Origin: a virus
Lineage: Duplodnaviria; Caudoviricetes
Strand: one strand, 5' to 3'
DNA length: 59,490 bases
IMG/VR virus record: IMGVR_UViG_3300023093_000001
Span: 1-59,490 of that record
Position 1 is the stretch's first letter. Each line of letters opens with the position of its first letter. Positions 26,855-36,759 of this stretch are shown here, piece after piece. The notes beneath the pieces were generated by a model. The model was given only the letters and a program-made list of their open reading frames with translations, was not told where the DNA came from and ran no database searches. Position numbers and translations under genes: made by a program.

Positions 26855-28045
26855 TTAATTCAGTGATTCATCCAGCTCGTAGTAGCCCGCAAACTCCGGA
26901 TGCTTCTTCTTAACGTGGTTCTCCATCTTGGACCAAAACGTGACAACATAACATTCGCCGCACTGGACCTGGGAATTTTTCTTGGTTCGATTCCGCTTGT
27001 ACCACTTGAATCGAACCAACGACTTCTCCTTCTCACCTTCGCTGTCCTGAGCGTCTGCCTGTCGGACCCGCATGCGATCCTGGTCGTAGACATAGTACTC
27101 AGTCCCGTGGATCCGATCAGCGTGTGCGGCAAGTCCCTCGTGTGCTACGAAGTTCCCACAGGCAGAACACTCGAAATGACTGGTATCCGGGTCCCACCAG
27201 TAGCAGACAATACGCGCCTGCTGGTCGAGGTAGACAGTTGGCCCGAATTTCAGGCCGACGCTGTGTTCCACCACGTCCGAAAGCTCACTAACACCTTCCT
27301 TAACGCGCTTGATCTCGCGTGCCAGATATGCCTGAGCCTTCTCTAGGTCCTCGATGTGCTTAGACTTGTCCTTCTTGCCGGCTCGTGAGATGTACTTCAC
27401 GACGTTACCCGAGCAATATGACAGCTGCTTGTCCAGGATGTAATCCCAGACCTCGATCTCGCCGTCCGTGTAGTGGGCGGGATGTTGGACCATGTCCTTG
27501 ACCGCAGCATCTGCCATCTGAGCTATCGTGATCTGTTCGGACGTTGTGTTGATGACACCATGCTGCGTGGTCTTGTCTGCAGCAGCCCGACGTACAGCCC
27601 TCTCAGCTGCTTCATGGTAAGCATCGCCCATTTTGACGAAGTCCTGAACTACTGCCTCTTCAGCCGTCTTGGCTTCGGTGGTTTCGGCCGTGTAAAAGAA
27701 GACGTTCTTGTTCTTCAAATGCTTGATGAGATTCTTTGCTTCGCCATCCGTCAGACCGAAGTCGGTAAGCGTGTCGTACACCACCGACTGCTCTTGCTGA
27801 TCTACTGCTGCCATCTCTTTTTTCTCCTTTAGTGGTAGTGCGGGTGCATATACGTCTTTGAATACCTCTTGCGCAGCGAAGGGCGAGTCCAACGCCATCT
27901 CATGAGAAATTGCTTTGAGATTTTTTTCACGCATCTGCTCGTAGGAAATACCAGGACACCATGCCATCCACATGGGGTCGAACCTGGATCTAATACTCCA
28001 GTGATGTCCGGGGTGAACCGAACTGTTCTCACATCTTGCTATCAT
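26855..28045 (-). CDS. DUF3310-domain protein with two C2H2-like zinc fingers
   Basis: V.HP.HY...IE..D, GNVVKY..RAG.K, EDL.KA..YL; CxxC-x12-HxxxxH twice; start set by the conserved RBS. Confidence 0.7.
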   Translation of the reverse strand: MIARCENSSVHPGHHWSIRSRFDPMWMAWCPGISYEQMREKNLKAISHEMALDSPFAAQEVFKDVYAPALPLKEKKEMAAVDQQEQSVVYDTLTDFGLTDGEAKNLIKHLKNKNVFFYTAETTEAKTAEEAVVQDFVKMGDAYHEAAERAVRRAAADKTTQHGVINTTSEQITIAQMADAAVKDMVQHPAHYTDGEIEVWDYILDKQLSYCSGNVVKYISRAGKKDKSKHIEDLEKAQAYLAREIKRVKEGVSELSDVVEHSVGLKFGPTVYLDQQARIVCYWWDPDTSHFECSACGNFVAHEGLAAHADRIHGTEYYVYDQDRMRVRQADAQDSEGEKEKSLVRFKWYKRNRTKKNSQVQCGECYVVTFWSKMENHVKKKHPEFAGYYELDESLN

Positions 28046-28091
28046 CAGTTTTTTCTCCTTTGGAAATACAGCTCGCAAACCCCAGCGAAAA

Positions 28092-28177
28092 GGCCGGGGT
28101 TATGACACGTACAAGCGTTGCAGTGAATACAGGCATTACCCAGTACCACATGCGACTCGTGTATTACAACCCCGGCC
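28092..28177 (-). other. Stem-closed intergenic structure
   Basis: ggccggggtt..acacg / cgtgt..aaccccggcc. Confidence 0.55.
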
Positions 28178-28184
28178 AATTTCA

Positions 28185-28352
28185 TTAGTCTTCTCTTTCT
28201 CCAAACAGAATTCCCTGGTTCTGCATCTCGGTCACTGCGTCCTGAGCCACTTGCCCAGTGATACCCGCTGCCGCAAGTCCCGCATACACCTTGAAGAGAG
28301 TGTCATCACTGTGCGATATGCGTTCCGGCTGCTTTCCTCTGTCGCGTCCCAT
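28185..28352 (-). CDS. Small hypothetical protein (55 aa, MGRDRGK...), not in the ORF track
   Basis: Manual translation; start overlaps the upstream stop. Confidence 0.6.
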   Translation of the reverse strand: MGRDRGKQPERISHSDDTLFKVYAGLAAAGITGQVAQDAVTEMQNQGILFGERED

Positions 28353-28606
28353 TACGCTTCCAGCCCAATTATTAGCTCTGTCTCCAGGAATTGAGTAAGA
28401 GATTCCTTATAGCCGAACTTCTTGTACTTGACCATAAGATCCTCGAGATGCCCATAGCAGACAGATACACCACCAATAGTGAAATTGGCAATCTTTCCGT
28501 CGTCATAACGAGCATCGATCTGGTGAAACACGCACAACTGAATGGAGTCGCCATGAGAAGTCTCAAGTGCAATAAGACCACCTCTTGCCGGACGTTTCAG
28601 CGTCAC
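28352..28606 (-). CDS. Hypothetical protein
   Basis: GTG start overlaps the upstream stop. Confidence 0.55.
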   Translation of the reverse strand: MTLKRPARGGLIALETSHGDSIQLCVFHQIDARYDDGKIANFTIGGVSVCYGHLEDLMVKYKKFGYKESLTQFLETELIIGLEA

Positions 28607-29079
28607 GAGGCATCCATTCCGAGAATATGAGCGTAGGCGTAGTGCTCCTGGTAGCGCTTGTGTCCCAGGCGGAACTTCCCGCAATAGCACTGCTTGATAC
28701 CCAGAGGCCATGTCAAAGGAAGTGGAACAGCCGGAACCCAGGCGCCCCATGCGTTCTGCACTTCGACGTCATACATGTCCTTGATGATGGTTGCGTCTGG
28801 CTTCATGCGAACGAAAGCGACCTCCGCACCATCCTCGACCAGCTCAGGAAATGCCTCGGTCAGGATTCCCGGGTCGTTATCGGGCACCTTGTCGACCTTC
28901 ACACTAGGACTAGAAGTCAAGACGGCTTCAGGAATGCCGAGAGTGAGATGATTGCACTCACACCGAATATAAACTTCTTCGCGAGTGTCGGGGTTCCAGA
29001 CGAGGTTAGCGACCCCATCGCAGTTACTGTGCTTTCCCGCAACACACTCAGGACATAGATCAATCGGTACTGGTGACAT
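28603..29079 (-). CDS. Cys-rich hypothetical protein
   Basis: CPEC..GKH.NC...C.C.H zinc-binding-like. Confidence 0.6.
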   Translation of the reverse strand: MSPVPIDLCPECVAGKHSNCDGVANLVWNPDTREEVYIRCECNHLTLGIPEAVLTSSPSVKVDKVPDNDPGILTEAFPELVEDGAEVAFVRMKPDATIIKDMYDVEVQNAWGAWVPAVPLPLTWPLGIKQCYCGKFRLGHKRYQEHYAYAHILGMDAS

Positions 29080-29767
29080 CCTCTTCCTCCTCTTCGATCA
29101 CGATTTCCGGATGGGTATCCTTGTCGATCGCCGTATGCCAGACGCGCTCCTCTTCCTGAGGCGTCTCACCCACGAGCCAGTAGGTCTTACCGCCATCCTC
29201 AGAGAGGGCCTTGCTGTTGCGGATGTTCTGCCACATGTCGGTCTCGATGCCGTAGTCGGCTCCCGGCTTGAAATCCCATTCCTCTGGGTCATTCGTGAGG
29301 CCGTAGAGGTTGTTCATCGACAGAAGGTCCTTGACCATCATGACAGCCAGCTCATGAGATGCCCCCGAGTGGCCCTTGTACTCAGCGAATGCCTGGACCG
29401 TGTGGACCAGGTGCTCGACGAACTCAGGATCCTCGTTGGGGAAATAGGACAGCTCTCGGGTTGCGTGAGCGACCAGCTTGGAGACCCCATGGTCAACCTC
29501 GAGGTACTCACCTGCGAGTGCCTCCGGCTTAAAAACGAGGAAGGTTCCCTCGTCATCGATGAGTCCGACCGTGTCGCCGACCTTCATATCCCTCGGACCC
29601 CACATGGTCGGGATCTGGACGTACTCACGAGGATCCTTGTTCGAGGCGGCAATATAGCTGGAACCGGCGCCCACCCACTTGCAGATCTCCATCGCGTTGT
29701 CACGTCCGCCCTCGAAGGTGATGGCGAGAATGTGGGTGTTGCGCTTCTTGTAAGTCTTAATGGTCAT
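29060..29767 (-). CDS. Hypothetical two-domain protein
   Basis: Conserved RBS; N-terminal domain resembles 29895-30179. Confidence 0.7.
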   Translation of the reverse strand: MTIKTYKKRNTHILAITFEGGRDNAMEICKWVGAGSSYIAASNKDPREYVQIPTMWGPRDMKVGDTVGLIDDEGTFLVFKPEALAGEYLEVDHGVSKLVAHATRELSYFPNEDPEFVEHLVHTVQAFAEYKGHSGASHELAVMMVKDLLSMNNLYGLTNDPEEWDFKPGADYGIETDMWQNIRNSKALSEDGGKTYWLVGETPQEEERVWHTAIDKDTHPEIVIEEEEEDVTSTD

Positions 29768-29894
29768 CAGTTTTTCTCCTGTGTTTCGGTTGTGGTTTGA
29801 TGCGGGTGTCAGCGGAGCCCCGCCAGTCGTTAAGCCACGCCAAGAATGTGACTAACAGGAACAGGGCCCCGCCAAGAAGCACTTCGAGCATGGG

Positions 29895-30179
29895 TTATGC
29901 GAAACCCTTGAAGTCTGCTTCTTTGGTGACATAGAGGTCTTCGCCTTCGACCAGGACGAGAACATCTCCGACTCGAGCGACACGGATACCCAGGTGGGGG
30001 ATGTGCAGCTGGATCTTGTGGTCCGACTCGTCACCGTTTGCTGCGACATGGACGACAGCCGTTGCGTTCTTGGCGTACTTCGAAGCCCAGCCCGTGAGCT
30101 CGACGTAGTTCTTCTCGGTGACACGTACCCCACGGGTATACTTGTCGCCACCTTTGAGCTTGCGTGTTTTGATAGCCAT
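29895..30179 (-). CDS. Hypothetical protein
   Basis: AAGGAG RBS; biased codon usage. Confidence 0.7.
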   Translation of the reverse strand: MAIKTRKLKGGDKYTRGVRVTEKNYVELTGWASKYAKNATAVVHVAANGDESDHKIQLHIPHLGIRVARVGDVLVLVEGEDLYVTKEADFKGFA

Positions 30180-30206
30180 GATTACTCCTTGTTTGATGGA
30201 TATGAC

Positions 30207-30240
30207 AAAAGGGGGCCTAGCCGTATCGCCAGACCCCCGG
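30207..30240 (-). terminator. Rho-independent terminator
   Basis: Imperfect ggggg/ccccc stem followed by a U-tract on the minus strand. Confidence 0.5.
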
Positions 30241-30256
30241 TACTATTCGTTCTGTG

Positions 30257-30367
30257 TTACTTTTTGTCTTCTTTGTGCACTGTGGATGCAATCGAGGAGC
30301 CGAAGGCCACGCCAACAAGCATGATGACGGCACCTACGATCAGTGCTGCGACAACTACCCACTCCAT
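30257..30367 (-). CDS. Small membrane protein (36 aa, MEWVVVAAL...)
   Basis: Manual translation; single TM; overlaps the SSB stop. Confidence 0.55.
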   Translation of the reverse strand: MEWVVVAALIVGAVIMLVGVAFGSSIASTVHKEDKK

Positions 30368-30921
30368 TAGAAGGGCTCCTCTGCCGGCGTGTAGTCGCGA
30401 TTGCTCAGAGCACTCGAGGCCTCCGGGATATCGGAGTACATCATCTCAAGCTCGTCCTCCTCGATGGTCATGAAGAGGGTCTTGACCGAGACAGCGACGC
30501 CTTCCTTGCCGTTCATCTCCCACCAGTACGGCGAGAGGATCAGGTCGACGAGCTCGTTGTTGTCCTTGTCGCGCTTGATCTGAGCGAGGTCGAGAGCGTT
30601 TGCCTCATCCTCACCCAGAGTTGTGCGACCACGACTCGTCACAAGGACCAGACGCGGAGGGCGGCCCTTGAAGTTGACCTTGACCTTGAGGATATCCTGA
30701 GGCTCCTGCCCCTCCTCCTTGATCGGCAGGGTCTTGACGTTGAGTCCCATGGAGGCAAGCGCCTCGGCGTCATGCGGCTCGAGGAAGATCGTGAAGTAGC
30801 GCTCACCATTCAAGTTGAACTTCTCCACCTTGCCGCCGAAGTTACGCCAACGGATCTTCGCGTGCTTGATCGTGTAGTCCGGGATCCACGGCTTCTTCTG
30901 CTGCTGCGGTGCGGGTGTCAT
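30367..30921 (-). CDS. Probable single-stranded DNA-binding protein
   Basis: Near the replicase; acidic C-terminus ending EEPF. Confidence 0.65.
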   Translation of the reverse strand: MTPAPQQQKKPWIPDYTIKHAKIRWRNFGGKVEKFNLNGERYFTIFLEPHDAEALASMGLNVKTLPIKEEGQEPQDILKVKVNFKGRPPRLVLVTSRGRTTLGEDEANALDLAQIKRDKDNNELVDLILSPYWWEMNGKEGVAVSVKTLFMTIEEDELEMMYSDIPEASSALSNRDYTPAEEPF

Positions 30922-31129
30922 CTTTTTTCTCCTTGTTTGTCATTACTTCTTCTGCTCGGGCCCGGTCAAGAAACATGACCTGCAGCCCAATCAGATCTTC
31001 TTTGATTAGTTCCAGCAGAACGGCATCTGCTTGGATGGATATGGTTGCGTGACCACTGTCGGTGTCGACGAGAGCCGTACCAACTGCCGTGTGTCCTGGC
31101 AGATATACCGGGACCCAGAGATCAGCCAC
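30842..31129 (-). CDS. Hypothetical protein
   Basis: Operon packing. Confidence 0.5.
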   Translation of the reverse strand: MADLWVPVYLPGHTAVGTALVDTDSGHATISIQADAVLLELIKEDLIGLQVMFLDRARAEEVMTNKEKKDDTRTAAAEEAVDPGLHDQAREDPLA

Positions 31130-31505
31130 GGCGACGATCGGCTTTCTTCTGATAGCGGTCTGCCATCTTCTTCCAACGTGCCGCCGAGCGACTTGTACCG
31201 TCCGCCTGCTGGAGGTACCAGTCCCGCTCTTCCTTTAAGTCCTTGGCCATATGGACGTCGGTGTAGACCGAACCGAGCTCTTTCTGAAGCTCTGCGTTGG
31301 TGGCATCAGCCTGACCGTAGAGTGTCTTAGACATTCCGGTATAGAGCTCGCTCGTTTCTTTGGCGCCCTTAGCCTGGGCTTCGAGCTCGGCCTTGGTTGC
31401 GCGAAAGCTTTTTTTTCGCATGTGTCTGGGCTTGTATCCTTTCGGGACATCAACTGGACCACCGTCACCTAAGACGATGCGCCAGAATTCATCTGTTTTT
31501 GTCAT
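31122..31505 (-). CDS. Hypothetical coiled-coil protein
   Basis: AAGGAGAAAAAGATG start. Confidence 0.65.
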   Translation of the reverse strand: MTKTDEFWRIVLGDGGPVDVPKGYKPRHMRKKSFRATKAELEAQAKGAKETSELYTGMSKTLYGQADATNAELQKELGSVYTDVHMAKDLKEERDWYLQQADGTSRSAARWKKMADRYQKKADRRRG

Positions 31506-31514
31506 CTTTTCTCC

Positions 31515-34500
31515 TTATGAAACGAACGCCTCGAAGTCTCCGAATGCGCGAATGGAGTCGGCTGCCGCATCCACCATCTTCTGGTAGTACGTGTAGTCGA
31601 CCAGATCGTGCTTACCCATCTTGTCCACGAACTCACTCTCTAGCCAGCGGTAGCCCTTACTTCCTGTGACCGCGAAGTTCTTCTCACCATCCCGACGAAT
31701 AAGAGTTCCACCCTCGGAAGTAACCGGAACGAAGCGTCCGATCTTACCGACGAACTGGCGATGCTCTTCATCAAGTGCCAGGTTGGGGTCATCGTTGTCG
31801 TTACCGGTGTAATCGATGTAGATGGCTCCCTTCTGGACCTGCTTGGTCTCACCGAGATCGCTGAACTGCTGCTGCTCGTGGCTGAAGAGCGTCTTGAAGA
31901 CTACCGGGTGCTTGAACTCAGCTCCAGTTGCCTCCCACGTACCGATCTTCTTCTCATCCGCAGCCCAAACGTACTTAGCGATGAATACGGCATCGTTGAC
32001 CAACGCCATCTTCTCGTAAGTAGCCTCGTGCTCGAACTCGTAGCCGTACCTGGCACCGAACTCCATGACCTCCTGGATGATCTCCGGTGTTGCGTTGGGG
32101 ATCTTGATCGAGTCGGTCTTGATATGAATGACGTCGTACTTTCCGTCCAGCACGTGATTCTTCAGATCGATCATGAACAGCGCGCCACGCTTGGCCACGA
32201 TGTTGTCGACGTTCTTTGGATCACGGAACATGTTGTCGAACGACGCCGAGGTAAGCCCATAGACGATGTTGATAACGATCTTGAGCGCGTAGGACAGGGC
32301 CTTGAGCTGCTCGTCTTGCTTCTCAGGATCGAAATATACGCCGTCAAGGAAAGGCTGCAGACGACCGTTGAGGACAGTACGCATCGTGTCGAAGTCCTTG
32401 CGCTTGATCGCCACACGAGCAGCCTTGAGGTCGCTGAAGGCCTGGGTATATGGCCCAAAGAGATCCAGCTGCTCGATCGACGACGGGTGCATTGACGCAA
32501 TATCCAAGACCGCGACGTTATGGTAGATGCCTGGCTTGGCAAATACATAGCCACCCTCGCTCGGGTTCTCCCCACGATAGGTCGAGACGTTCTTCTTGGT
32601 CTCGGGGTTGTACTCGTAGGTATAGCCCGGGAAGTCCTGAGACAGGTCCCGATATACGAACTTATCCTGAGGTTTGCGGTCATCGCCGAATACGATCTTG
32701 GCGGTGTGCTGCTGCGTGGAGGCATTCATCGACAGACCACTTAGCTCAGCAAGAATCTGCCGTGCTACATAATCCTGCTTGCGCTCGTTGAATACAGCCT
32801 CAGTCCCAAGAACGTCGTTGACACAGTACTCGACGATCTCTGCCCACTTGTCCTCTGGGACGGGGGTATCCCAGTCGTACTGGTTCTCGACGTGATGCAG
32901 CCCCAGCTCGATTTCCCACTTCTTCAACGACTGCTTGACAGACAGGTAGTCGAAGATATCGGTGTAGCTCAGGTTGTAAGCAGCACCGAAGTACGCGTTG
33001 GTGTTCCGATCGGACTCGATCAGACGCTTCGACAGGTTGTACAACTGGATGTTGCTGTAACCAAGCGACGCTGCGTACAGGATATGGTTGTCATACCTGC
33101 GGCAGTTGTAGCCAACGAGAAGCATCGTGAAGAGCTCTTCCACAGCCTGAGCCGTGGGGTTGATCATACGAACGACTTCTGCATCACCTTCGAACTTCCA
33201 GCAGATGACGAAAAGGTTCGGGAAGACCTCGACGTCAAAGAAGGTGAGCCTTGAATCCTGACCGTATTCGTCCGGAGCGCCCGCCTCCCCTGCGTTCTCA
33301 GATGCCAGCTTCATGTCCATCACGATCTTGAGACTCGTCAACCCCTGATGGGTCGAGTTGTTCGCGAACGCCATGAGCTTAGGCCGCATGTCCGAGACGT
33401 CGTAGATGAGTTCCTTGTTCTCATAGGCCTCTTGGAGAATATGGTGGATGAAGTCGATGTTGGACTTGGTCCCCGGATGGATCTCCTTCCGCAAGGCCCG
33501 CTGAATAAGGTCGCGCAGACCCTTTTCAGACTTGATTGTCTGTTGGCTAATCAATGTTTTCTCCTTTAGCGGTAGACCACTACTTATAGGGGCGACCGGT
33601 ACGTTGTTACATCTGGTGAGTCGACGCCTAAGAGATGAGTCTCCGGTGTATACTTTGACCTCGACTCCAGGCTCGAAGAGACGTCTGAGCTCTGTGGGAT
33701 CTCCTCCTTCATAGGTGTAATGTAGGTGGATCCCTCCACCGCTTTTACTAAACTCCGCGTAAGTCGCCGGCCACTGTGACGCCGCTTCCAGATTGCGCCC
33801 TGGATCCTTGTTGCCATCATCGTCCGTAAGGTCGAAATCAATGACAATATGGTTAAGAGGAACTTTAACAAAGTGCTCCTTGCTCGTATCTATGTCCTTT
33901 AGGACGGTTGAGACGACTTCGTTGGGTTTAGGATCGTAAGGCTTCCCATCACGCATCTTGGGAGCATCGGTCCACCACAATATAGGGTTGCCATCTTTGT
34001 TAGTGTACTGCGCGGGTTGTGTTGCCATCTCTTTGTCAAATATGGACTCGGTGGAATCCAGTACGAGACTGAAGACCATTTCGTCCTTGACCGTTTGTGT
34101 CTTGAACCGATCAGCCGAGAAACCTGAATACCATGAGCGAACTCTGGTACCGTCTGGCATCTCATGTCGATCTTCGAAGTTGTCAAAGTAATTGCCAAAT
34201 TCCTCACGGAACTTGTACTGAGCAATCTTGTACGGCACGCCGGTCTCCTCAACAAACTCCTTGTAGAGCTTGTATGCCTGAACGAGACTGATCCCGTCCT
34301 GGCTTGAGAATATGTCGTAGTGCGCTTCGATGAAGTTGTAGAACACGTCGGTCTTGAGCATCATGTCGATCGGGCGATACGAGGCGTAGAAGTCACGCCC
34401 CATGTTGCGATATACCTGCAGGCAATGCCAGGCGATCGCTCCGAGCTCAAACTTGATCTGCGATATAAGCGTCTGGTACTTACGCGGTGGAATCTTCTCA

Positions 34501-35393
34501 CCTGTCGGATGAACGTCAATGAGTCGCCGAAGAATACCAGACTTGGCATCTGTAATATGCACCGGCTTGTTCGTACCCATGAACAGAAATGCATTCACAT
34601 GCATCTTGTACGCGGGCTTGTTCTTCTCATTGATGAGCATGTCCTCGTGGGAAATGATCGAGTTCAGCTTGGTGTTGTCCTCGATCTTACTGAGGTCTCC
34701 ATCATGCTGAATTGCCACTAGCGGGTTGTGCCTGAACGCTTCTGTAGCAAACAGATTGTTGTTACCACCCAAGGCCTTCGCCTCGAATACCCCAACGTAG
34801 CCATCGAACAGCCACTGAATGAGGTTGATAACAGTACCCTTACCCGTACCAGGTCCTCCGTATAGCACGCAGAACTTCTGAATATCCTTCGCGTCCCCAG
34901 CGACAATCGCACCAATAGCCCATTCGAGCTTAGCTCGCTCGTCCGGGCTGTAGAGAATAGACATCATCTCATCGTAAGCTACTGTCGTCCCCTCTTCCAG
35001 AGGATATGGTAGTCGCTGGGACCTATAGTCTTCCTTGCTAACCTCTGTATTACTGAAGGTAAGCTCCTCGTCCAATTGCTTGTACGAATCACTTAGGTGT
35101 CCCATGTAATTGCGGAATTGAAGCCAACTGTTGGACGAGAAATTCCCCAGCAGCTTCCGGTGAACCTCAAAGGCTTGGGTCGTGACTTCCCACGCGGATA
35201 GCTCCTGATCAACAAGACGTTGCACGTCGAACTCGTCCTGAGACCACATGCCTTGATTCTCGTCCCATACAGCATAGAACGATTTAGCACGGATCATCAG
35301 ATCTTTAGAACGTGTGACTCGGAAGTCAGGATATACCGTTACAGTTCCCTTCTTACCACCATCGTCAACCTCCTTTATTTGATAGAAATCCAT
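31515..35393 (-). CDS. SF3 helicase - AEP primase - family B-like DNA polymerase fusion
   Basis: GGPGTGKGT; VIDFD and SKSGGGIHLHY; exonuclease FDVE, GYN..YD, Y..NDV; polymerase DIASMHPS, K...N.VYG, KTDS. Confidence 0.88.
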   Translation of the reverse strand: MDFYQIKEVDDGGKKGTVTVYPDFRVTRSKDLMIRAKSFYAVWDENQGMWSQDEFDVQRLVDQELSAWEVTTQAFEVHRKLLGNFSSNSWLQFRNYMGHLSDSYKQLDEELTFSNTEVSKEDYRSQRLPYPLEEGTTVAYDEMMSILYSPDERAKLEWAIGAIVAGDAKDIQKFCVLYGGPGTGKGTVINLIQWLFDGYVGVFEAKALGGNNNLFATEAFRHNPLVAIQHDGDLSKIEDNTKLNSIISHEDMLINEKNKPAYKMHVNAFLFMGTNKPVHITDAKSGILRRLIDVHPTGEKIPPRKYQTLISQIKFELGAIAWHCLQVYRNMGRDFYASYRPIDMMLKTDVFYNFIEAHYDIFSSQDGISLVQAYKLYKEFVEETGVPYKIAQYKFREEFGNYFDNFEDRHEMPDGTRVRSWYSGFSADRFKTQTVKDEMVFSLVLDSTESIFDKEMATQPAQYTNKDGNPILWWTDAPKMRDGKPYDPKPNEVVSTVLKDIDTSKEHFVKVPLNHIVIDFDLTDDDGNKDPGRNLEAASQWPATYAEFSKSGGGIHLHYTYEGGDPTELRRLFEPGVEVKVYTGDSSLRRRLTRCNNVPVAPISSGLPLKEKTLISQQTIKSEKGLRDLIQRALRKEIHPGTKSNIDFIHHILQEAYENKELIYDVSDMRPKLMAFANNSTHQGLTSLKIVMDMKLASENAGEAGAPDEYGQDSRLTFFDVEVFPNLFVICWKFEGDAEVVRMINPTAQAVEELFTMLLVGYNCRRYDNHILYAASLGYSNIQLYNLSKRLIESDRNTNAYFGAAYNLSYTDIFDYLSVKQSLKKWEIELGLHHVENQYDWDTPVPEDKWAEIVEYCVNDVLGTEAVFNERKQDYVARQILAELSGLSMNASTQQHTAKIVFGDDRKPQDKFVYRDLSQDFPGYTYEYNPETKKNVSTYRGENPSEGGYVFAKPGIYHNVAVLDIASMHPSSIEQLDLFGPYTQAFSDLKAARVAIKRKDFDTMRTVLNGRLQPFLDGVYFDPEKQDEQLKALSYALKIVINIVYGLTSASFDNMFRDPKNVDNIVAKRGALFMIDLKNHVLDGKYDVIHIKTDSIKIPNATPEIIQEVMEFGARYGYEFEHEATYEKMALVNDAVFIAKYVWAADEKKIGTWEATGAEFKHPVVFKTLFSHEQQQFSDLGETKQVQKGAIYIDYTGNDNDDPNLALDEEHRQFVGKIGRFVPVTSEGGTLIRRDGEKNFAVTGSKGYRWLESEFVDKMGKHDLVDYTYYQKMVDAAADSIRAFGDFEAFVS

Positions 35394-35405
35394 TTACCCA
35401 CCCCC

Positions 35406-35951
35406 TTAAGGCTCATTGTTTTCAAGCAGATACGCTGCCAACTGATACCAGATTTCAACTTTTCTCTGATCTTCCCTCGGATCTCTCAAAGGAAATAGGC
35501 CTCCACGACCATCGGCAGAATACGTTCGGTTGATTAGGCGATCGAGAATTATGTCCACATCGACGTTGTAGTCTTCAGTGAACTCTTCATCGACATAAGG
35601 GCGAAGCCCTAGATTGTCAATAAGCACCCAGAACCACTCAAAGGGGTCCTCAGATGCCTCGAAAGCCGCTCTCCGACTGAGCGCGACCAGCATTTCAAGC
35701 ATGGAACATCCTTCTTCCAGCCATAGCTGATCGCGCTCAATCGACATCTCTTCGAGGAAATCCTCTCGGAGCTCCCGCCCGTCTTCTACCCGATTGTCAT
35801 CATTATGGACAAACCATGTGAACTCTTTTCGATAGAGCGCTACGGCTAGTTGCCAATATGATCGTGCAGGGTTCCGGTTTTGAAGTGGCCCTATGTTCTT
35901 ATAGAGCCAATCTAGATACCGTGCATCCAGTGTTCGGTCATCACTCGTCAT
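35406..35951 (-). CDS. Conserved-looking hypothetical protein
   Basis: Operon packing. Confidence 0.7.
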   Translation of the reverse strand: MTSDDRTLDARYLDWLYKNIGPLQNRNPARSYWQLAVALYRKEFTWFVHNDDNRVEDGRELREDFLEEMSIERDQLWLEEGCSMLEMLVALSRRAAFEASEDPFEWFWVLIDNLGLRPYVDEEFTEDYNVDVDIILDRLINRTYSADGRGGLFPLRDPREDQRKVEIWYQLAAYLLENNEP

Positions 35952-36759
35952 TACTCCTCATACGACCTACACGACGTCCGTTGCCTTCACCAGAGGTAAC
36001 CCCGTGGACTACCTCGCTGAAGTTTCGATCGTCCCTGGTGATCTCGTAGTCGGTCGTCATCTTCTCGTTGCGGACGTAGACGATATCTTTGTCCTCGCTC
36101 TTGAAGCCCCACCGGTGAAGGTTGGCCGCACCAACGACAGTGTCGACGTCGAAAATGATGTGCGATGCATCATCCGCAAGCACGTCATCGTCAGCCCAGT
36201 ACGTGAGCGTGATCTGATCGTAGTTCGTCTCGTTGAGCATCCACTCGGCTGCATCGATGACGTACGGGCGATCGAAACTCCGAGGAGCGTCCACCCAAGA
36301 CTCGTCTCCGATGTCTTCTGGGTCAGGCTGCGGGTTGTCGAAGATGTTGCCCTCTTGGATGTTGACATCATCGTGATCTTCAGTACCTCGAGCAGGGTCT
36401 CCCGCCTCAATGCCGTCGCCCATCTGAATCAGCTCCTCTGTTGTAGGAACTCTTCCATGGGCTCGACGAAAGGCATCCGAGTCAGTTTCTGATTCTTCAT
36501 CGGCGTAGCCCTGAGTCTCGATGATCCGCTCTGCGACCGCCGCGATTACCGGGTCGACCGGAGTCACGTTGTACTTCGGCTTGAGGTCGGTGAGTTCGGG
36601 CTTTGGCACACCGTTCTTACGATATGCCTCCTTGACCGACTCAATCTCTGTGTCGGCGATCTGCTTGAAGTGCTTCTTGAAGACGAGATATCCGATACCG
36701 AATCCGGCACCAACACCCACGACTCCAACTCCTGCTGTGATGAGTAGTTGCTTGTTCAT
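35941..36759 (-). CDS. Membrane-anchored acidic protein
   Basis: N-terminal TM helix, acidic body. Confidence 0.7.
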   Translation of the reverse strand: MNKQLLITAGVGVVGVGAGFGIGYLVFKKHFKQIADTEIESVKEAYRKNGVPKPELTDLKPKYNVTPVDPVIAAVAERIIETQGYADEESETDSDAFRRAHGRVPTTEELIQMGDGIEAGDPARGTEDHDDVNIQEGNIFDNPQPDPEDIGDESWVDAPRSFDRPYVIDAAEWMLNETNYDQITLTYWADDDVLADDASHIIFDVDTVVGAANLHRWGFKSEDKDIVYVRNEKMTTDYEITRDDRNFSEVVHGVTSGEGNGRRVGRMRSNDE

